Origin: an uncultured virus (IMG/VR IMGVR_UViG_3300013103_000007)
Lineage: Duplodnaviria > Heunggongvirae > Uroviricota > Caudoviricetes
Direction: 5' to 3' (one strand)
DNA length: 64,000 bases
IMG/VR virus record: IMGVR_UViG_3300013103_000007
Below are positions 39,885-50,547 of this stretch, in pieces. Below the pieces are notes generated by a model. The model saw only the letters and a list, made by a program, of their open reading frames with translations. It was not told where the DNA came from and did not search any database. Positions within the stretch are counted from its first letter, which is position 1; the number at the start of each line of letters is the position of its first letter. Both the position numbers and the translations under genes were made by a program.

Positions 39885-40988
39885 ATGGCAATTTTATTCG
39901 TAGACGGGTTTGACCATTATCAAACATCTGATATAAAATATAAATGGGATAATATGGATAGCATGGACCCATTGGATACTTATTTTTGGGTTGATAATAC
40001 TTCTCCGAGAACTGGTGGTCAGCAATATATGAGATTATCAAACCGTTCAAATGGTGGTTCAACAACATTTGTTGGGTCAGAAATTAAAAAATTATTACCG
40101 GTTGAATCCCAAACACTAGTTACAGGATTTGCATTTAATATTGTTGAATTTAATGGGAATTTATTTGAGCTGGTTTTGAAAAATGCTAATGCTCAGGTAA
40201 TTGTAAAATACAGGTTTATTAAAAATGCAAATTTTGATAAATTTGGTGTGCAAGTTGTTGACCATACAGACACTGTGATTGGAGTTACCTCAGATGCAAT
40301 TTTTGATGATAATGTTTGGTATTATATGGAAACAAAAACATCTGTAAATAATACAACTGGTTCATGTCAAGTTCGTATAAATGGAGCAACGCATTTACAG
40401 ATAGATAATATTGATACGGATCCAAGCAACGGAGTACACCCAACAGTTAATTATATTGAAATGGTGACTTGTACAACACCAGCAACCGCAGTAACAACTT
40501 TTATTGATGATCTTTATTTGTTAAATAATATTGGATTGTCAAATAATGATTTCCTTGGAGATGTATATATCCAAGCGATACTCCCAAATGGGGCAGGGGC
40601 ACACTCGGATTGGTCACCTTCATCTGGAGCAAATTATGAATGCGTTGACGATATTGATATTGATAATGATGTTACTTTCGTAAGCACCACCACGGATAAT
40701 GCAATTGATACCTATGAGTTTCAAAATGTAACTGCAATTACCGGGTCTACAATTAAGGCAGTTGTCGCCAATATTGTGGCCAAAAAAGATGGTGCTGCTA
40801 TTCGCCATATTGCCCCCATTGCACGTTTGAATAACCTGGAGTATGAAGGTGATAATATTGATTTGGTTGATTCCTATAAATTGCATCAGCATATATGGGA
40901 GAATAAACCCAGTGACGGTACATCATGGGAAACAACTGATATTGACAATGGGCAGTTCGGGGTTAAATTGACTCCGAATACACCTTAA
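39885..40988 (+). CDS. Virion-associated lectin-like protein, paralog 1
   Basis: MAILFVDGFD...IDDLY...NNDFLGD...NYECV shared by three tandem genes. Confidence 0.6.
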   Translation: MAILFVDGFDHYQTSDIKYKWDNMDSMDPLDTYFWVDNTSPRTGGQQYMRLSNRSNGGSTTFVGSEIKKLLPVESQTLVTGFAFNIVEFNGNLFELVLKNANAQVIVKYRFIKNANFDKFGVQVVDHTDTVIGVTSDAIFDDNVWYYMETKTSVNNTTGSCQVRINGATHLQIDNIDTDPSNGVHPTVNYIEMVTCTTPATAVTTFIDDLYLLNNIGLSNNDFLGDVYIQAILPNGAGAHSDWSPSSGANYECVDDIDIDNDVTFVSTTTDNAIDTYEFQNVTAITGSTIKAVVANIVAKKDGAAIRHIAPIARLNNLEYEGDNIDLVDSYKLHQHIWENKPSDGTSWETTDIDNGQFGVKLTPNTP

Positions 40989-41008
40989 AAATATTAAAGG
41001 GGTGTATA

Positions 41009-42094
41009 ATGGCTTTACTTTTTATTGAAGGGTTTGATGAATTTGAATTGGGTGCTCCAATCTCACAATTGCAGTATAAATGGAATTTTACAAGCAATGG
41101 TTATTTAAGTATTCATGACACGGACGCCCGACCCGAGGCTGGTAAATATATACGTTTTGATTCTGGTCATTATTCAGATAATTATGTTAAAAAATTATTC
41201 AATCCAATTGTAGAAAATTCCAAGTTTATATTTGGGTTTTCTATGAAAATTAATACAAGCAGCGGCGAAGGCGGCATATGGTCCTTAATTAATTCATTTG
41301 AATCATATTTTGTAAAATTAAATTATTCATGGGATTCTTTAACAACACGATGGAGATTAAATGCTTCATTAAGAAATGATAGCAATTCGACGATATCTAC
41401 ATTTTATTCTGATTATTTTTTAAAAGACCATGAGTGGTTTACAATTGAAGGTAAAATTGAATATGTTGAAACCGTGCATGATATTGATTATGGCAATTTT
41501 GAAATATTATGCAATGGTGAATCTATCATAAATGAAACCAATGTTGAAATAGCAACTATGGATTTAAAATGGGTGCATATTACATCCAGAAGTGGTAATT
41601 ACACCCAACAAGTCGATGTTGACGATATATATATTTGTGATGGAGCTGGTACAACTAACAATGATTATCTCGGCGAAATTCATGTTCGCGCATTAAAACC
41701 ATCTTCAGATGGGATGACAAATGATTTTACACCTGTTGGTGAAACTGAAAACTATAATTGTGTTAATGCATTAAATATTGATACTGACGCATATGTAAAA
41801 TCAAATGTTCTTGATAATGTTGAATTATTTAATTTTGATGACTTGCCAATTACAGATACTGAAGTGTTGGGAGTTTTTGCCTCAACTGATTGTATTAAAG
41901 AAGGGTTTGGATATAGGCGTGTTAAAACTGTAATTAATAATGGAACAACGAATATTATTGATACAAATGAACATACTTTGGCAAATGGTATTCGTAGATA
42001 TGAAAATAAATTTGAAATTAATCCTTTCACAGGGAATCCATTTACAATTTCTGAGTTAAATAATATGCAATTTGGAATAACTATTTCATTGTAG
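41009..42094 (+). CDS. Virion-associated lectin-like protein, paralog 2
   Basis: MALLFIEGFD...VDDIY...NNDYLGE...NYNCV. Confidence 0.6.
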   Translation: MALLFIEGFDEFELGAPISQLQYKWNFTSNGYLSIHDTDARPEAGKYIRFDSGHYSDNYVKKLFNPIVENSKFIFGFSMKINTSSGEGGIWSLINSFESYFVKLNYSWDSLTTRWRLNASLRNDSNSTISTFYSDYFLKDHEWFTIEGKIEYVETVHDIDYGNFEILCNGESIINETNVEIATMDLKWVHITSRSGNYTQQVDVDDIYICDGAGTTNNDYLGEIHVRALKPSSDGMTNDFTPVGETENYNCVNALNIDTDAYVKSNVLDNVELFNFDDLPITDTEVLGVFASTDCIKEGFGYRRVKTVINNGTTNIIDTNEHTLANGIRRYENKFEINPFTGNPFTISELNNMQFGITISL

Positions 42095-42103
42095 GAGATA
42101 ATT

Positions 42104-43180
42104 ATGTCGTTGGTTTTTGTAGATGGATTTAATCAGCATGAATTAAGTAATGATAAATCTGATATTGAATATAAATGGTCTTATGCATCTGGGGGATCTG
42201 TTAAAAATGATACACCTAGAAATAATGATCCATTAAATAAATATTTTGAAATGCCGTATCAATATAGCAATACCCACTACTTAAGAAAATCATTCCCAAC
42301 GCCATTTATTGATGGAATTATAATGGGGTGGTGTGCAAAAAATCATGGGTATCAAATTCAGATTGATATTGGAGTTGACAATGATTCTAATCAATTGCTG
42401 ACTTTTAATTTCCCTTATGACAGTAATATAAAATTGCACCGTGTTAGAGCAAAATATTTAAATTCATCTGGCACAATTACAACAATTGAAACAAATGATT
42501 ATATAATTGATAATACAATATGGGAATATTTGGAATTTAAAATTGTATATACCAATACAAATGATGCAAATCTTGTATTTAGGTTAAATGGGCAAGATTT
42601 ATTAAATGTATTACTACATGACATTCAGGATTGTAGAAATAATATAAATAACATACAATTCAAAAATAGAGTCGACGCACGAGATTCAATTGATTATGGA
42701 ATAGATGATTTTTATGTATGCAATTTGCAAGGAACTGATAATAATGATTTCTTGGGTGATATTGCCATACAAAATATAAGACCAAATGCCGCAGGTTTAA
42801 TATCTAATTTTACACCAGTTGGGGAAACCTATAATTATGAATGTGTTAATTCAGATGTAAATGATGAACTGACATACATTGAATCTGATGTTATTAATAA
42901 TACAGAATTATTCAATTTGGATGATATTACAGCCTCGTCACAAGCTAAAATTTTAGGTGTTGTAAATAATTTATATTGTAAGAAAACTGATGCTGGTAAT
43001 AGGATACTTGGGCATGTAATAAGCAATGGTACAAATACACATTATGATGCCGGAGATATTATATTAGATTCTGGCATTAAAATTTATGATAAGCCATGGG
43101 ATATAAACCCATTAACATCACAACCATTTACGATAAGCGATGTTAATTCTTTACAATGCGGACTGACTATTAAATCATAA
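42104..43180 (+). CDS. Virion-associated lectin-like protein, paralog 3
   Basis: MSLVFVDGFN...IDDFY...NNDFLGD...NYECV. Confidence 0.6.
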   Translation: MSLVFVDGFNQHELSNDKSDIEYKWSYASGGSVKNDTPRNNDPLNKYFEMPYQYSNTHYLRKSFPTPFIDGIIMGWCAKNHGYQIQIDIGVDNDSNQLLTFNFPYDSNIKLHRVRAKYLNSSGTITTIETNDYIIDNTIWEYLEFKIVYTNTNDANLVFRLNGQDLLNVLLHDIQDCRNNINNIQFKNRVDARDSIDYGIDDFYVCNLQGTDNNDFLGDIAIQNIRPNAAGLISNFTPVGETYNYECVNSDVNDELTYIESDVINNTELFNLDDITASSQAKILGVVNNLYCKKTDAGNRILGHVISNGTNTHYDAGDIILDSGIKIYDKPWDINPLTSQPFTISDVNSLQCGLTIKS

Positions 43181-43183
43181 ATT

Positions 43184-44275
43184 ATGGCTATTAATATATC
43201 ATCTGAAAATATTGACGTAATTACCTCAAATGCGCGCGTTGCTCTTACGTCTGAAAATATTGACGTAATTACCTCAAATGCAAGGATTTTTTTATCATCT
43301 GAAAATATTGATGTAATTAAAACCGATGATATTAATAATGCTAAATTAATAAATGAAACAGCAGAAGTTGCAACAAACCCAATAGAAGAAGCATATTCTA
43401 ATATTATAAATGAAACAATTGAAATTGCAACAGAACATGGAACCGAAGCATATTCTAATATTATAAATGAAACAATTGAAATTGCAACAGAACATGGAGC
43501 TGAAGCATACAGTGGTATTATAAATGAAACAGTTGAAGTATTAACAAGAATCGGGGTAATTGAAAATCATGTAACGCAATATGCGATTGAATATGTACAA
43601 CCCGGCAATGCTCCGGCTGATTACACCCAATATGCAATCGAAGTTATAAATGTCCATAACCCAACTCCATCAATGACCCAATATGCAAATGAAATTGTTT
43701 CAATGGGAAATGCACCAGCTACAACAACCCAATATGCAAATGAAATTGTTTCAATGGGAAATGCACCAGCTACAACAACCCAGATAATATTGGAAATCAT
43801 TGCATCTAATTCAGTTAGAATATCACAAATTGCATATGAGGTTATCTTTAGCCCATCATCAAATCGTATAACACAAAATGCTATTGAAATTATATTACAA
43901 TTAGGTGTTGCAAGAAATACCACAAATATTCTTGAAGTTGTACAAAGTCTAACCCATCTTCCAATAGTAACAAGTGAAGTTATAGAATTAGTGAAATCGT
44001 ATGAAAAACCACATATTTCACAGCAAACAATTGAGATTGTAAATAGTGTCAAGGCAATAAGCGGATTTACATATGACGCAAATACAGGTGTTCCAGTTAG
44101 AGCATATGTATATATTTATTTTGAAGGCACATCTCAATTATTATCCAAAATTGAATCTGATGAAATAACAGGTCATTTTTATTGTTTGATTGAAGAAGGA
44201 AACAATTATAATGTTATTGGTGTGCCGTTTTTGAATGGTATTACACTGGATATAAAATATGATATAATTGGTTGA
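43184..44275 (+). CDS. Repeat-built fibre/shaft-like protein
   Basis: Successive SENIDVI, IINETxEIAT and TQYAxEI repeats. Confidence 0.6.
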   Translation: MAINISSENIDVITSNARVALTSENIDVITSNARIFLSSENIDVIKTDDINNAKLINETAEVATNPIEEAYSNIINETIEIATEHGTEAYSNIINETIEIATEHGAEAYSGIINETVEVLTRIGVIENHVTQYAIEYVQPGNAPADYTQYAIEVINVHNPTPSMTQYANEIVSMGNAPATTTQYANEIVSMGNAPATTTQIILEIIASNSVRISQIAYEVIFSPSSNRITQNAIEIILQLGVARNTTNILEVVQSLTHLPIVTSEVIELVKSYEKPHISQQTIEIVNSVKAISGFTYDANTGVPVRAYVYIYFEGTSQLLSKIESDEITGHFYCLIEEGNNYNVIGVPFLNGITLDIKYDIIG

Positions 44276-44362
44276 TGGTTTATATTTTTAGATGGAACAT
44301 ATATTTGAAAAGTTGTTTTTCAAAAACCCTATTTTTAATTTTATCATGGGAGGTTAAATACC

Positions 44363-46165
44363 ATGGCCGTAACAATTAAATTTAAAAGGGGTGCATTCGC
44401 ATCTCTTCCCGTCCTCGGTGATGGGGAACCTGGTTTTTGTTCTGATTCCAAGCAGATGTTTATTGGGCAAGGCGGAACAAACTATGAAATCGTAACCTCA
44501 GGTTCAACTGTTCTGGATGCTCGGTATTATACAGAAACTGAGCTGGGCGATAATGCTTCAAATGCAACCGCTGGTGCAAAACTTATTGGTACATTTGATG
44601 AATATGCAAATGCAACCGCAAGTAATGTTCAGGATGTATTGAAAGCATTTGACACTGCTATTTCCAATGCTACATCTTCTGGCGAAAACAATACTGCTTC
44701 AAATCAGGGTGCTGCTGGCGTTGGCGTATTTAAACAGAAAACTGGTATTGATCTTGAATTTAAAAATATCAATACTGCTGATACACATGTTACAGTTACT
44801 GACGATGGCACAAATAACGAAATTGATATTTCGACTGATGCAACTGATGCAAATACAGCAAGCACAATTGTTGCTCGGGATGCTTCTGGTAATTTTTCAG
44901 CAAGTATGGTTACATCAGATGTAACTGGTGATCTTACCGGTAATGCTGATACAGCTACAACTCTTGCTACAAGTCGTTCATTTTCAATTACTGGCGATGG
45001 CACAGCACCTGTTGTTGCATTTAATGGTTCTGGTAATGTTGAACTTTCTTTGACTGTTGATAAAGTTGATGGTAAAGATGTTGATGATAACGAAACTTCT
45101 ACAGATTATCTCTGGACTGCTGGTAAGATTATTGATTATCTTGAAAGCAAAGAAAATAGTCTGGATTGGCAGGATAGTGTTGTTGACAAAGATGCTGTTA
45201 CGCCTCCGGGATCTCCAGCAACTGGTTCACGTTATATTGTTGGTGGTAATGAAGCAGCAGTTACATCGGTTACAGCTGGCTCCAAAACAATTGTAACTAC
45301 CGCTGATATTTCTTCCTCGATCGCAACCGGTGATACAATTAAATATCGCGATGGTCTTGGTTATACTGTGCAGCTTACAGTTGCTTCAGTTTCAGGTACC
45401 AGTATTGTTGTTAATGAAGTTGTTCTTACAAAAACTGGTGGTACCCTTTATCATTCAGATGCTGCCTGGTCACCTCTTGGTCCGGATGAAATTGCTCAGT
45501 GGGATGGTTCTTCATGGACAAATATTTCCGCTGGTTCTGGCGCTCCGAATGAAGGTTGGGCTGTATGGGTTGAAGATGAAGACAAGAACTATGTATTCAA
45601 TGGCGACCAATGGGTAACTTTTGGTTCAACTTCAACACATGGTGGTCTTTCAGGTTTGCAGGGTGGCACAACTGATGAATATTATCATCTGACAAACACC
45701 CAACATGTAACACTTACTGGCTGGGTTGGAACTCAGGGTGCTGCTACAGTTTTGGCTGCTCCGACTGGCGGTGCTGGTTCAGCTTCCTTCCGTAATCTGG
45801 TTGCTGGCGATTTGCCGACTGCTACTTCCTCAGCTCTTGGTGTTGCCTCATTTAGCGATGAGAACTTCACAGTTTCAGCCGGTGCAGTTACGATCCTTGC
45901 AGACGGTATTGATAATACCCATATTGATTTTGGCACTGGCGCAGGTCAGGTTAATACTGATGTATTGACCGAAGGTTCCACCAATCTGTATTATACAGAT
46001 GCTCGGGCTCAGTCTGCAATTTCGGTTGCTAATTCTGATTCTGTAAGCCTGACTTATTCAGGCGGCCAGATTTCTGCTGATGTAAATGTTGACAATACAA
46101 CTATCAAAATTGATGCAAGTAATGATTATATTTATGTTGATGCTGTTGATGGTGGTTCTTGGTAA
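44363..46165 (+). CDS. Major tail fibre-like protein
   Basis: N-terminal IKFKRG...LGDGEPGFCSD (Mtd-N-like), TIVARDASGNFSA, LTGNADTATTL, EGSTNLYYT motifs; high-expression codon bias. Confidence 0.75.
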   Translation: MAVTIKFKRGAFASLPVLGDGEPGFCSDSKQMFIGQGGTNYEIVTSGSTVLDARYYTETELGDNASNATAGAKLIGTFDEYANATASNVQDVLKAFDTAISNATSSGENNTASNQGAAGVGVFKQKTGIDLEFKNINTADTHVTVTDDGTNNEIDISTDATDANTASTIVARDASGNFSASMVTSDVTGDLTGNADTATTLATSRSFSITGDGTAPVVAFNGSGNVELSLTVDKVDGKDVDDNETSTDYLWTAGKIIDYLESKENSLDWQDSVVDKDAVTPPGSPATGSRYIVGGNEAAVTSVTAGSKTIVTTADISSSIATGDTIKYRDGLGYTVQLTVASVSGTSIVVNEVVLTKTGGTLYHSDAAWSPLGPDEIAQWDGSSWTNISAGSGAPNEGWAVWVEDEDKNYVFNGDQWVTFGSTSTHGGLSGLQGGTTDEYYHLTNTQHVTLTGWVGTQGAATVLAAPTGGAGSASFRNLVAGDLPTATSSALGVASFSDENFTVSAGAVTILADGIDNTHIDFGTGAGQVNTDVLTEGSTNLYYTDARAQSAISVANSDSVSLTYSGGQISADVNVDNTTIKIDASNDYIYVDAVDGGSW

Positions 46166-46187
46166 GAATTAAAAAATAGGGTTTTAT

Positions 46188-46221
46188 AGCCCCGACTAAT
46201 TTATTTCAGTCGGGGCTTTTT
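46188..46221 (+). terminator. Rho-independent terminator
   Basis: AGCCCCGACT...AGTCGGGGCTTTTT. Confidence 0.85.
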
Positions 46222-46252
46222 CTTTTATTTTGATATTGAGGTAAACAGCGCT

Positions 46253-46774
46253 ATGGCACTTATTCAAATACGAAGAGGTACCCAAGCGAACATGCCTTCC
46301 TTAGGGGCAGGTGAACCCGGTTTTTGTACAGATACCCATAAGTTATATATTGGGTACAATGGTACGAATTATGAAATCGGGAAATCTGAAACTGTCCAGA
46401 AGGAAATATACCAAGTTTCACATGGTTTTGATAAAGATTTTATTTATCATAATGGTACAAATTGGGTTAAAGCTTTATGTGATGGTCCAGAACATTCGGC
46501 TACCCATTTTGGTGTTTCGGTTGATACAAATAATTTTATTTCAGTTACTATTGGCGATGTCGATGTAACAGGAATGGTTGATGATGCTTCACAGGCTTTA
46601 ACTGCTGGTGAATATTATTTTCTTTCACAAAATACTGCTGGTAAGGTGATGTCTACCGTGCCTACATCTGGTATTTCACAAAGTGTATTGAAAGTAAATG
46701 CCACAAATGAAGCGACAATTATCATATCAGAACCTGTTGAATCCAGCGATGTAGTCGATGGTGGTACCTGGTAA
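46253..46774 (+). CDS. Short fibre protein with Mtd-N-like N-terminus
   Basis: IQIRRG...LGAGEPGFCTD...LYIG; ends DGGTW. Confidence 0.7.
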   Translation: MALIQIRRGTQANMPSLGAGEPGFCTDTHKLYIGYNGTNYEIGKSETVQKEIYQVSHGFDKDFIYHNGTNWVKALCDGPEHSATHFGVSVDTNNFISVTIGDVDVTGMVDDASQALTAGEYYFLSQNTAGKVMSTVPTSGISQSVLKVNATNEATIIISEPVESSDVVDGGTW

Positions 46775-46785
46775 AGGAGAGGATT

Positions 46786-47367
46786 ATGGCAACAAGTCGT
46801 AGAGTTAGTGCCTTAGTCAGCTCAAGTGATCACAATCACGACAAAAGGTACTTGACCAAAAATAAAATGACACAAACCGAAATCAAACCTTCTGATGTTT
46901 ATTTTGATGATGTAAATGTTAATGTAGACACCGGGTCCGCTTTTGGTATATTATCATGTGTTGATTTTTCACCAGGTGATAATGGTAGCGTTTGGTTGCA
47001 TTTCGATCTTGACGATAGTTTTTTAACAGAAAGGGATATCAATTTTGATTTAGTTTACACCCTTAATGGTGATGATAACGGGAAAAATGTTGCTTTAGAA
47101 GCACAAATTTGGATCGTTGGTAATGGTGAAACACCAGCCGAAGGTTCCCCTCAAGCCACCCTTGTTGAAAATATAGTTTCATCAATAACTAACACCAATA
47201 AAAAAGTACGCGTTGAACTTTCAACGATTATGTTAACAAATAGTTTTATTGGATCTGTCAATAGCACGCTGAGTGTAAAACTCACGCGGAAATCTACCAG
47301 TACGTATGGTGGTACCTTTAAAATGATTTCGTTTCTCGCGAAGCAGCTTTGGACTGAGATCCTTTAG
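46786..47367 (+). CDS. Putative virion protein
   Basis: HNHDKRY fibre motif; RBS. Confidence 0.55.
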   Translation: MATSRRVSALVSSSDHNHDKRYLTKNKMTQTEIKPSDVYFDDVNVNVDTGSAFGILSCVDFSPGDNGSVWLHFDLDDSFLTERDINFDLVYTLNGDDNGKNVALEAQIWIVGNGETPAEGSPQATLVENIVSSITNTNKKVRVELSTIMLTNSFIGSVNSTLSVKLTRKSTSTYGGTFKMISFLAKQLWTEIL

Positions 47368-47381
47368 GAGGGTATTGAATT

Positions 47382-48053
47382 ATGCGTATATATGGATCAG
47401 CCGGATCAATTCGTCGAGGTTTAACAGGCCGCGAATTTTTATCCCAATATTTATATGAATATTACCCGGCTATTTCTTGGGAGGTTGTAATTTCAGATGG
47501 TGTAAAAGAATTTGGGTTTTTGGAAGGCGATAGCAATGAACTTGCGAAAGCTATTGTTGTATTTGAACATCAATTTGCATTTGTTCGTTTAACAGAACTT
47601 GAATTGGCTGGCGCGATTGAATTTATTTACAATCCGCAAACTGGGTCAATGCCTGATGGCGGAGATCCACCTAGCACCATTGATCTTTTAAATTTAAATA
47701 CGATTACTGTTCCTGGTGATCTTTTGGATGCTGTTAAAGCATACAAAGTTATATCATTAAAACAAATATTGCGAAAAAAATTCTGTGATGATAATGATGC
47801 AATTGCTGATATGGCAAAAATCAATGCTATTACAGGTTTATATGAAGATAATGAATTAACATCAGAGCAAATTGCCCGTAGGGATGCTTTGAAAGCAAAC
47901 CTTAAAGCTATTTATACAATTGATATGTGTTTAGATGGCGGCGATAATATGGTTGCTTTATTAAGTAATAATGTTGTTGGATATTATATTGCAAAAGCGC
48001 AAGCTCTAGCAGGAAACAACAAATTTGAAGTTATGGATGTAGAATACAATTAA
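47382..48053 (+). CDS. Hypothetical protein
   Basis: ORF with AGGAGG RBS. Confidence 0.6.
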   Translation: MRIYGSAGSIRRGLTGREFLSQYLYEYYPAISWEVVISDGVKEFGFLEGDSNELAKAIVVFEHQFAFVRLTELELAGAIEFIYNPQTGSMPDGGDPPSTIDLLNLNTITVPGDLLDAVKAYKVISLKQILRKKFCDDNDAIADMAKINAITGLYEDNELTSEQIARRDALKANLKAIYTIDMCLDGGDNMVALLSNNVVGYYIAKAQALAGNNKFEVMDVEYN

Positions 48054-48056
48054 TCA

Positions 48057-48099
48057 AAAATGAAACCTGGGTTCTGTCTGAGCTCAGGTTTCATTTTTT
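48057..48099 (+). terminator. Rho-independent terminator
   Basis: AAAATGAAACCTGGG...CTCAGGTTTCATTTTTT. Confidence 0.75.
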
Positions 48100-48233
48100 A
48101 TTTTCTTTTTGATTTTCCTTATTATACCCGCCTCAAGATCATACCTTTTATAAAAATTCAAATATGCAGGTTTATAAGTAATCAATTCAAAATTCCTAAA
48201 TAAAAAATAAACATTCCAAGCGGAGTTTTTAAA

Positions 48234-49415
48234 ATGGTCGATAAAAATATTGTTAAATATATTCAAGAAAATGCGCCGACATTTAATAATGGAACTCCGG
48301 CAGAAGATATGATATATGACGGAGATTTAAATTATAGTAATGGTCTTCAATATTCTGGACAATCCGGTGATGGCGATGATACGATATTGGATGGAGATTT
48401 GTGGTATAATACTTTAAATGATAATCTCTATCAATATAATAAAAGTACATCAATTTGGGATGTCTTAATTGAATCTGATCCTGTGCCTGCACCATTAGGT
48501 GTTGATTATGCATATTTGGCATCAGGAACTATTGATGGTGAATATTATGCTACGTCTATTGATCGAATTACATTCCCATTTGATTCAGGAACAGGAATAT
48601 TGGTAGGAAATTTAAATAATAATATTCGTAGACCTGCGGCTTTTAATTCATCTAATTTTGGATTTACATCTGGCGGTGATTTAAAAGGCGGCACTACAGT
48701 TTCAAATGTTGAACGATGTGAATTTGCATTTGATTCTGGCACTGCAGTAATGACAAGCACAACTTCTCCAAGCGCATACGGAGCAGGTTCCAATTCTTCA
48801 ATACATGGCTTTGTATTAGGTGGGCATGTTGAAGATTTAACTGCGGCCAGAAGTAATATTGTAAGAATTACATTTCCTTTTGATTCTGGATATGCAGATC
48901 ATACTGGATTTTTAGCCCATGAAAAATCTCTTGGCACTGGATTAACATCTCAATGGCACGCATATTCAATTGGTGGTTGGGATAATGCTGGATATAAATC
49001 TTATATTGATAGGATTGAATACCCATTTGATTCTGGAAACGCCTTATTAGCTGGTCGTTTAGGACATGGTGAAAGAGGTTGTGGCTCAGGGTGCAATTCT
49101 TCTTCAACCGGATATTATACAGGTGGTGTATTAGCTACAAGCCAAGTTGAAAAGATAAGTTTTCCTTTTGGTGATGGTTTATCATCTTCAGCAGGAATGT
49201 TGACAAAAAAATCGTATAGTCAAGGTGGCGCAAATTCAACAAATTATGGATATGCTATTTCCGGAGCAATTGATGGAGGAACTCATATTTCTTCAGTTGA
49301 CAGATTAGCATTTCCATTTGATTCCGGCTCCTCAATTGAAACTGGGAGTATATCATGCACACGGTATGAAGGTGCTTCATTTGATGGAACTGATTTTGTA
49401 GCTTTATTTGTATAA
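48234..49415 (+). CDS. Kelch-like beta-propeller protein (FPFDSG repeats), paralog 1
   Basis: Six repeats GY..GG...IDRIxFPFDSG...NSS. Confidence 0.7.
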   Translation: MVDKNIVKYIQENAPTFNNGTPAEDMIYDGDLNYSNGLQYSGQSGDGDDTILDGDLWYNTLNDNLYQYNKSTSIWDVLIESDPVPAPLGVDYAYLASGTIDGEYYATSIDRITFPFDSGTGILVGNLNNNIRRPAAFNSSNFGFTSGGDLKGGTTVSNVERCEFAFDSGTAVMTSTTSPSAYGAGSNSSIHGFVLGGHVEDLTAARSNIVRITFPFDSGYADHTGFLAHEKSLGTGLTSQWHAYSIGGWDNAGYKSYIDRIEYPFDSGNALLAGRLGHGERGCGSGCNSSSTGYYTGGVLATSQVEKISFPFGDGLSSSAGMLTKKSYSQGGANSTNYGYAISGAIDGGTHISSVDRLAFPFDSGSSIETGSISCTRYEGASFDGTDFVALFV

Positions 49416-49429
49416 AAGGAAAATATAAA

Positions 49430-50527
49430 ATGGCTATTGTAGTTAATAATTTAAGATCAGGAGCTAAATTTACTCAATCTGTTCCTCCATTAAATCCAAA
49501 ACAGAATGATGTTTGGTATAATATAGTATTTCAAACATATTTTATTTATAATATTGATATTTGGGAAACATTATTTACAGATTCAGCCCCGATGCCTGGG
49601 CCTGGTAGTGAATATAGTTATACATGCGGGGGCTATTCAACACCAACTTCTACAATAAGTAATATACAACGTATGCATTTTCCGTTTAATTCTGGGGTTT
49701 TTGAAACCAAAGGCAATTTAGTAATAGACACTTGTGAAGCAGTTGGGTGTAATTCATCCCAAACTGGCTATATTATGAACGGGCATGAGTCAACTGTAAC
49801 TTCATCAAATATTGAAAAAATATCATTCCCATTTGATTCTGGGGATTCTGTTATATCCGGGAATACCACAATTAGTTCTTACCTTCGAGCCGGGTTTAAT
49901 TCATCCCGCTATGGTTATTCGAGTGGTGGTTTTCAAAGTGGATATAAATCATTAATTGAAAGATTTGCATTCCCATTTGATTCTGGAACGGCTGTAAATG
50001 TTGGTAATTTATCATCAAGTAAATATATAGGGTGTGGGTATAATTCTTCTCAACATGGGTTTGCACCGGGTGGTATGATGTATGATGGTAATCACTATTA
50101 TTATTCATCTATTGATCGTATTGAATTTCCGTTTGATTCAGGAACTGCTACAAAGCAGGGAAATTTAAATTCTGTAAAATATCTAGCGTCATGTTGTAAT
50201 TCTTCAACTGATGGGTTTTTATTCAGCGGTAGAGATAGTTCAGCGTATAGACAAGCGGATATAGAAAAAACTACTTTTCCGTTTGATTCTGGAAATACTG
50301 CTGTAGTATCTTACCACAGAAGCACCGTACAATCAGCAGCGTCTAATTCTACAATACACGGATTTATAGCAGGAGGTTATGACCAAGCTGATTATGAGGT
50401 TTCAATAGTTCAAAGAATTACATTTCCATTTGACTCCGGTGTGGTAGAAGAAACAGGAACTTTAGTTTCAAATATGAATCAAGTTACAGGCATTGATGGA
50501 ACTGATTTTTCAACATTGTTTGTATAA
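49430..50527 (+). CDS. Kelch-like beta-propeller protein, paralog 2
   Basis: Six FPFDSG repeats. Confidence 0.7.
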   Translation: MAIVVNNLRSGAKFTQSVPPLNPKQNDVWYNIVFQTYFIYNIDIWETLFTDSAPMPGPGSEYSYTCGGYSTPTSTISNIQRMHFPFNSGVFETKGNLVIDTCEAVGCNSSQTGYIMNGHESTVTSSNIEKISFPFDSGDSVISGNTTISSYLRAGFNSSRYGYSSGGFQSGYKSLIERFAFPFDSGTAVNVGNLSSSKYIGCGYNSSQHGFAPGGMMYDGNHYYYSSIDRIEFPFDSGTATKQGNLNSVKYLASCCNSSTDGFLFSGRDSSAYRQADIEKTTFPFDSGNTAVVSYHRSTVQSAASNSTIHGFIAGGYDQADYEVSIVQRITFPFDSGVVEETGTLVSNMNQVTGIDGTDFSTLFV

Positions 50528-50547
50528 AAGAAAAAGGAAAATATAAA

